A stretch of 64,000 nt of DNA from Calditrichia bacterium (lineage in GTDB: Bacteria > Calditrichota > Calditrichia > RBG-13-44-9 > J075), in NCBI GenBank assembly GCA_050633245.1, contig JBOEGD010000011.1, positions 364,985 through 428,984 on the forward strand, in the 5' to 3' direction. This document shows, one piece after another, positions 61,729-64,000 of the stretch. Under the pieces are notes generated by a model. It was not told where the DNA came from and made no database searches. It was given only the letters and a program-made list of their open reading frames with translations. Made by a program: the position numbers and the translations under genes. Within the stretch, counting starts at the first letter, position 1. The number at the start of each line of letters is the position of its first letter.

Positions 61729-64000
61729 TTATAGCGTCACGTTGATTACTTTTCTGTTGTTCTTGCATTTATCACCGAATGCCAACTGCACAAGAGCTTC
61801 CTGTTCAGCCTTGTGATGCTTAGAGACTCCCGTTGCCGGGCTGGCACTGCCAAGACGAGAAACGAGCGTCATATTGTTTAAGCGCAGCTTGCGATGTAAG
61901 AATCCCCACGCTCCCATGTTCTCCGGTTCTTCCTGAATCCAGCAGGTCGCTTTTGCGTTCGGATAACGTTTCATTGTTGTTGCAATCGGATCATATGCAA
62001 TAGGATAGATTTGCTCGAGACGAGCAATGGCAACATCCTCACGTCCTTCTCTTGTCTGCTTCTCCAGTAAGTCGTAATAAACTTTACCCGTGCAAAACAG
62101 AACGCGCTTTACTTTTTTCGGGTCGGCAATCGGATCATCTATGACCTGCTCAAACTTTGAGTTTCCGATAAAATCACTTACCGGGCTAACGCATAGCGGA
62201 TGCCTTAACAAGCTCTTTGGCGTGAAGATTACCATAGGAATTCGGAATGGATAAACGATTTGTCTGCGCATAGCATGATACAAGCTGGCTGGCGTAGTGC
62301 AGTTTAGAACCTGCATGTTTTTATAGGCGCATAAGTTAAGAAAGCGCTCCATGCGAGCCGACGAGTGTTCCGGTCCCTGACCTTCATAACCATGAGGGAG
62401 CAACATAACCAGGCCATTGTATCGACGCCATTTCGCATCTGAAGATGAAATGAACTGATCAATTATGATCTGAGCGCCGTTGGCAAAGTCGCCAAACTGC
62501 GCTTCCCAAATCGTTAGTCCATTTGGATAAGCAGAAGCGTAGCCGTATTCGAAGCCCAGCACGCCGTATTCAGAAAGCAGCGAGTTATAGGCGCGAAATT
62601 GAGCCTGCTTGTCCGAAATATTATTTAATGGAATGTATTCGTCTTCGGTTTCTTCATTTATCAATACGGCATGGCGGTGTGAAAATGTCCCGCGTTCAAC
62701 ATCCTGGCCAGATAGGCGTACTGGTGTGCCTGAATCCAGCAGCGAAGCATAGGCGAGTGTTTCGCCCATTGCCCAATCGAACTGCTCCTTCTCAACCAAT
62801 CGCTTCATGCGATCTTCGTATACCTTGCGAATTTTTCTGAAGGCCTTTATATCGTCTGGAACAGTAAAGATTTTCTCGCTGATTCGCATCAGGTCTTTCT
62901 TGGTTATCCCTGTTTTCGGGGATTCGAGAAAGTCGTCGTCCTTTGCTTTGCGGATTCCCTTCCAGTCACTTTTAAAGGTAGAAATTTCGCTCACAACCAT
63001 ATTCTTCTTTGCGCGTTCCTGAGACTTCTGCAGAGTCGCGCGGTATTGATCTTCCATTCCCTGAACCACAGCAGAGCTGATTTGGCCTTCTTTCTCAAGC
63101 TGAGCCATATATATCTTTAATGAATCTTTATGTGCTGCGATTGCTTTATAGAGCTTGGGTTGCGTAAAACGTGGTTCATCAGATTCATTATGACCGTATT
63201 TGCGGTAGCCTAATAAATCAATAAATACATCGCCATTGAACTCATTGCGATATTCCATCGCCATTAGAATGGTAAACATAACAGCTTCAACGTCGTCCGC
63301 ATTCACGTGAAAAACCGGAGAGCGCGTTACCTTGGCAACATCGGTACAATATGTTGATGATCGGGCGTCAAGATAGTTGGTTGTAAAGCCTATTTGGTTG
63401 TTGACGACCAAGTGGATTGAGCCGCCGTTTTTGTAGCCATCGAGGTGCGCCATCTGAACGACTTCATACGCAATTCCCTGTCCGGCAATAGCGGCATCCC
63501 CGTGAATAATAATCGGAACGCACTTATCATAATCCCCGTCGTAGCGTTTATCCACCTTCGCACGGACCACGCCGTTCACGACCGGAGCCACCGCTTCCAA
63601 GTGAGATGGGTTTGGTACGAGATTCAGGTGAACTTCTTTATTGTTTGCTGTAATAACATTGCTTGAATATCCAAGATGGTATTTCACGTCCGCTTCAAAT
63701 TCTGTATCCAGATATTCGCCACCTTCAAATTCCACAAAAATATCGTCCAGGGATTTTCCCATGATATTAGCCAGAACATTTAAACGACCGCGGTGCGCCA
63801 TCCCAATCACAAATTCTTTAACGCCAAGATTTGCGCCCTTAGTAATAATTGCGTCAAGAGCGGGAATGAGCGTCTCACCACCGGAAAGAGCAAAGCGTTT
63901 TTGGCCGACGTACTTGGAATGCAGGTAATTCTCAAAGACCACAGAAGACATCAGCTTTTCGAGAATATGTTTTTTTTCTTCTATATTGAAGTTCGGTGTA
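61729..64000 (-). CDS. sucA: 2-oxoglutarate dehydrogenase E1; 5' part lies outside the window
   Basis: YVGQKRF, GMAHRGRLN, DVKYHLG, NPSHLE, HGDAAIAGQG, WEAQFGDF, GQGPEHSS; the frame stays open to the window edge. Confidence 0.97.
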   Translation of the reverse strand, partial: TPNFNIEEKKHILEKLMSSVVFENYLHSKYVGQKRFALSGGETLIPALDAIITKGANLGVKEFVIGMAHRGRLNVLANIMGKSLDDIFVEFEGGEYLDTEFEADVKYHLGYSSNVITANNKEVHLNLVPNPSHLEAVAPVVNGVVRAKVDKRYDGDYDKCVPIIIHGDAAIAGQGIAYEVVQMAHLDGYKNGGSIHLVVNNQIGFTTNYLDARSSTYCTDVAKVTRSPVFHVNADDVEAVMFTILMAMEYRNEFNGDVFIDLLGYRKYGHNESDEPRFTQPKLYKAIAAHKDSLKIYMAQLEKEGQISSAVVQGMEDQYRATLQKSQERAKKNMVVSEISTFKSDWKGIRKAKDDDFLESPKTGITKKDLMRISEKIFTVPDDIKAFRKIRKVYEDRMKRLVEKEQFDWAMGETLAYASLLDSGTPVRLSGQDVERGTFSHRHAVLINEETEDEYIPLNNISDKQAQFRAYNSLLSEYGVLGFEYGYASAYPNGLTIWEAQFGDFANGAQIIIDQFISSSDAKWRRYNGLVMLLPHGYEGQGPEHSSARMERFLNLCAYKNMQVLNCTTPASLYHAMRRQIVYPFRIPMVIFTPKSLLRHPLCVSPVSDFIGNSKFEQVIDDPIADPKKVKRVLFCTGKVYYDLLEKQTREGREDVAIARLEQIYPIAYDPIATTMKRYPNAKATCWIQEEPENMGAWGFLHRKLRLNNMTLVSRLGSASPATGVSKHHKAEQEALVQLAFGDKCKNNRKVINVTL

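Overview
Bacterial chromosomal window, mostly housekeeping genes. Secreted proteins with 'QNFPNPFNP' C-terminal sorting/FlgD-Ig tails and a PorZ-like gene suggest an FCB-superphylum or Calditrichota/KSB1-like organism (inference only). Core content: partial classical menaquinone operon (ubiE/menG-menF-menD), tkt, mdh, rocD, a short SerA-like dehydrogenase, pdxST, an FMN riboswitch ahead of ribD-ribE-ribBA-ribH, accC plus a biotin carrier, sucB and the 3' part of sucA, several peptidases (M28, M4-like, M48), a beta-propeller hybrid histidine kinase, a REC-GGDEF-EAL protein and tRNA-Arg(UCG). An AT-rich accessory block (about 15.8-21.2 kb) starts with a decayed IS3-family element and carries AraC, an internally deleted pirin, a DUF481-like barrel, a signal-peptide-bearing YcaC-like hydrolase and a MATE pump. 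The most unusual items are: (i) a ~1236-aa membrane protein with tandem RCK-like and ACT-like motifs and Cys clusters at the end of the sucAB operon; (ii) a HisI homologue lacking its metal ligands that overlaps accC; (iii) an AbrB / degenerate PIN / degenerate YqeC-like three-gene unit; (iv) an FMN riboswitch with an extra GAAA hairpin in loop L2; (v) a REP-like palindrome plus heptamer array lying in frame within a lipoprotein leader; (vi) a gene split by a poly-T frameshift. All family calls come from motif recognition by eye; no searches were run.
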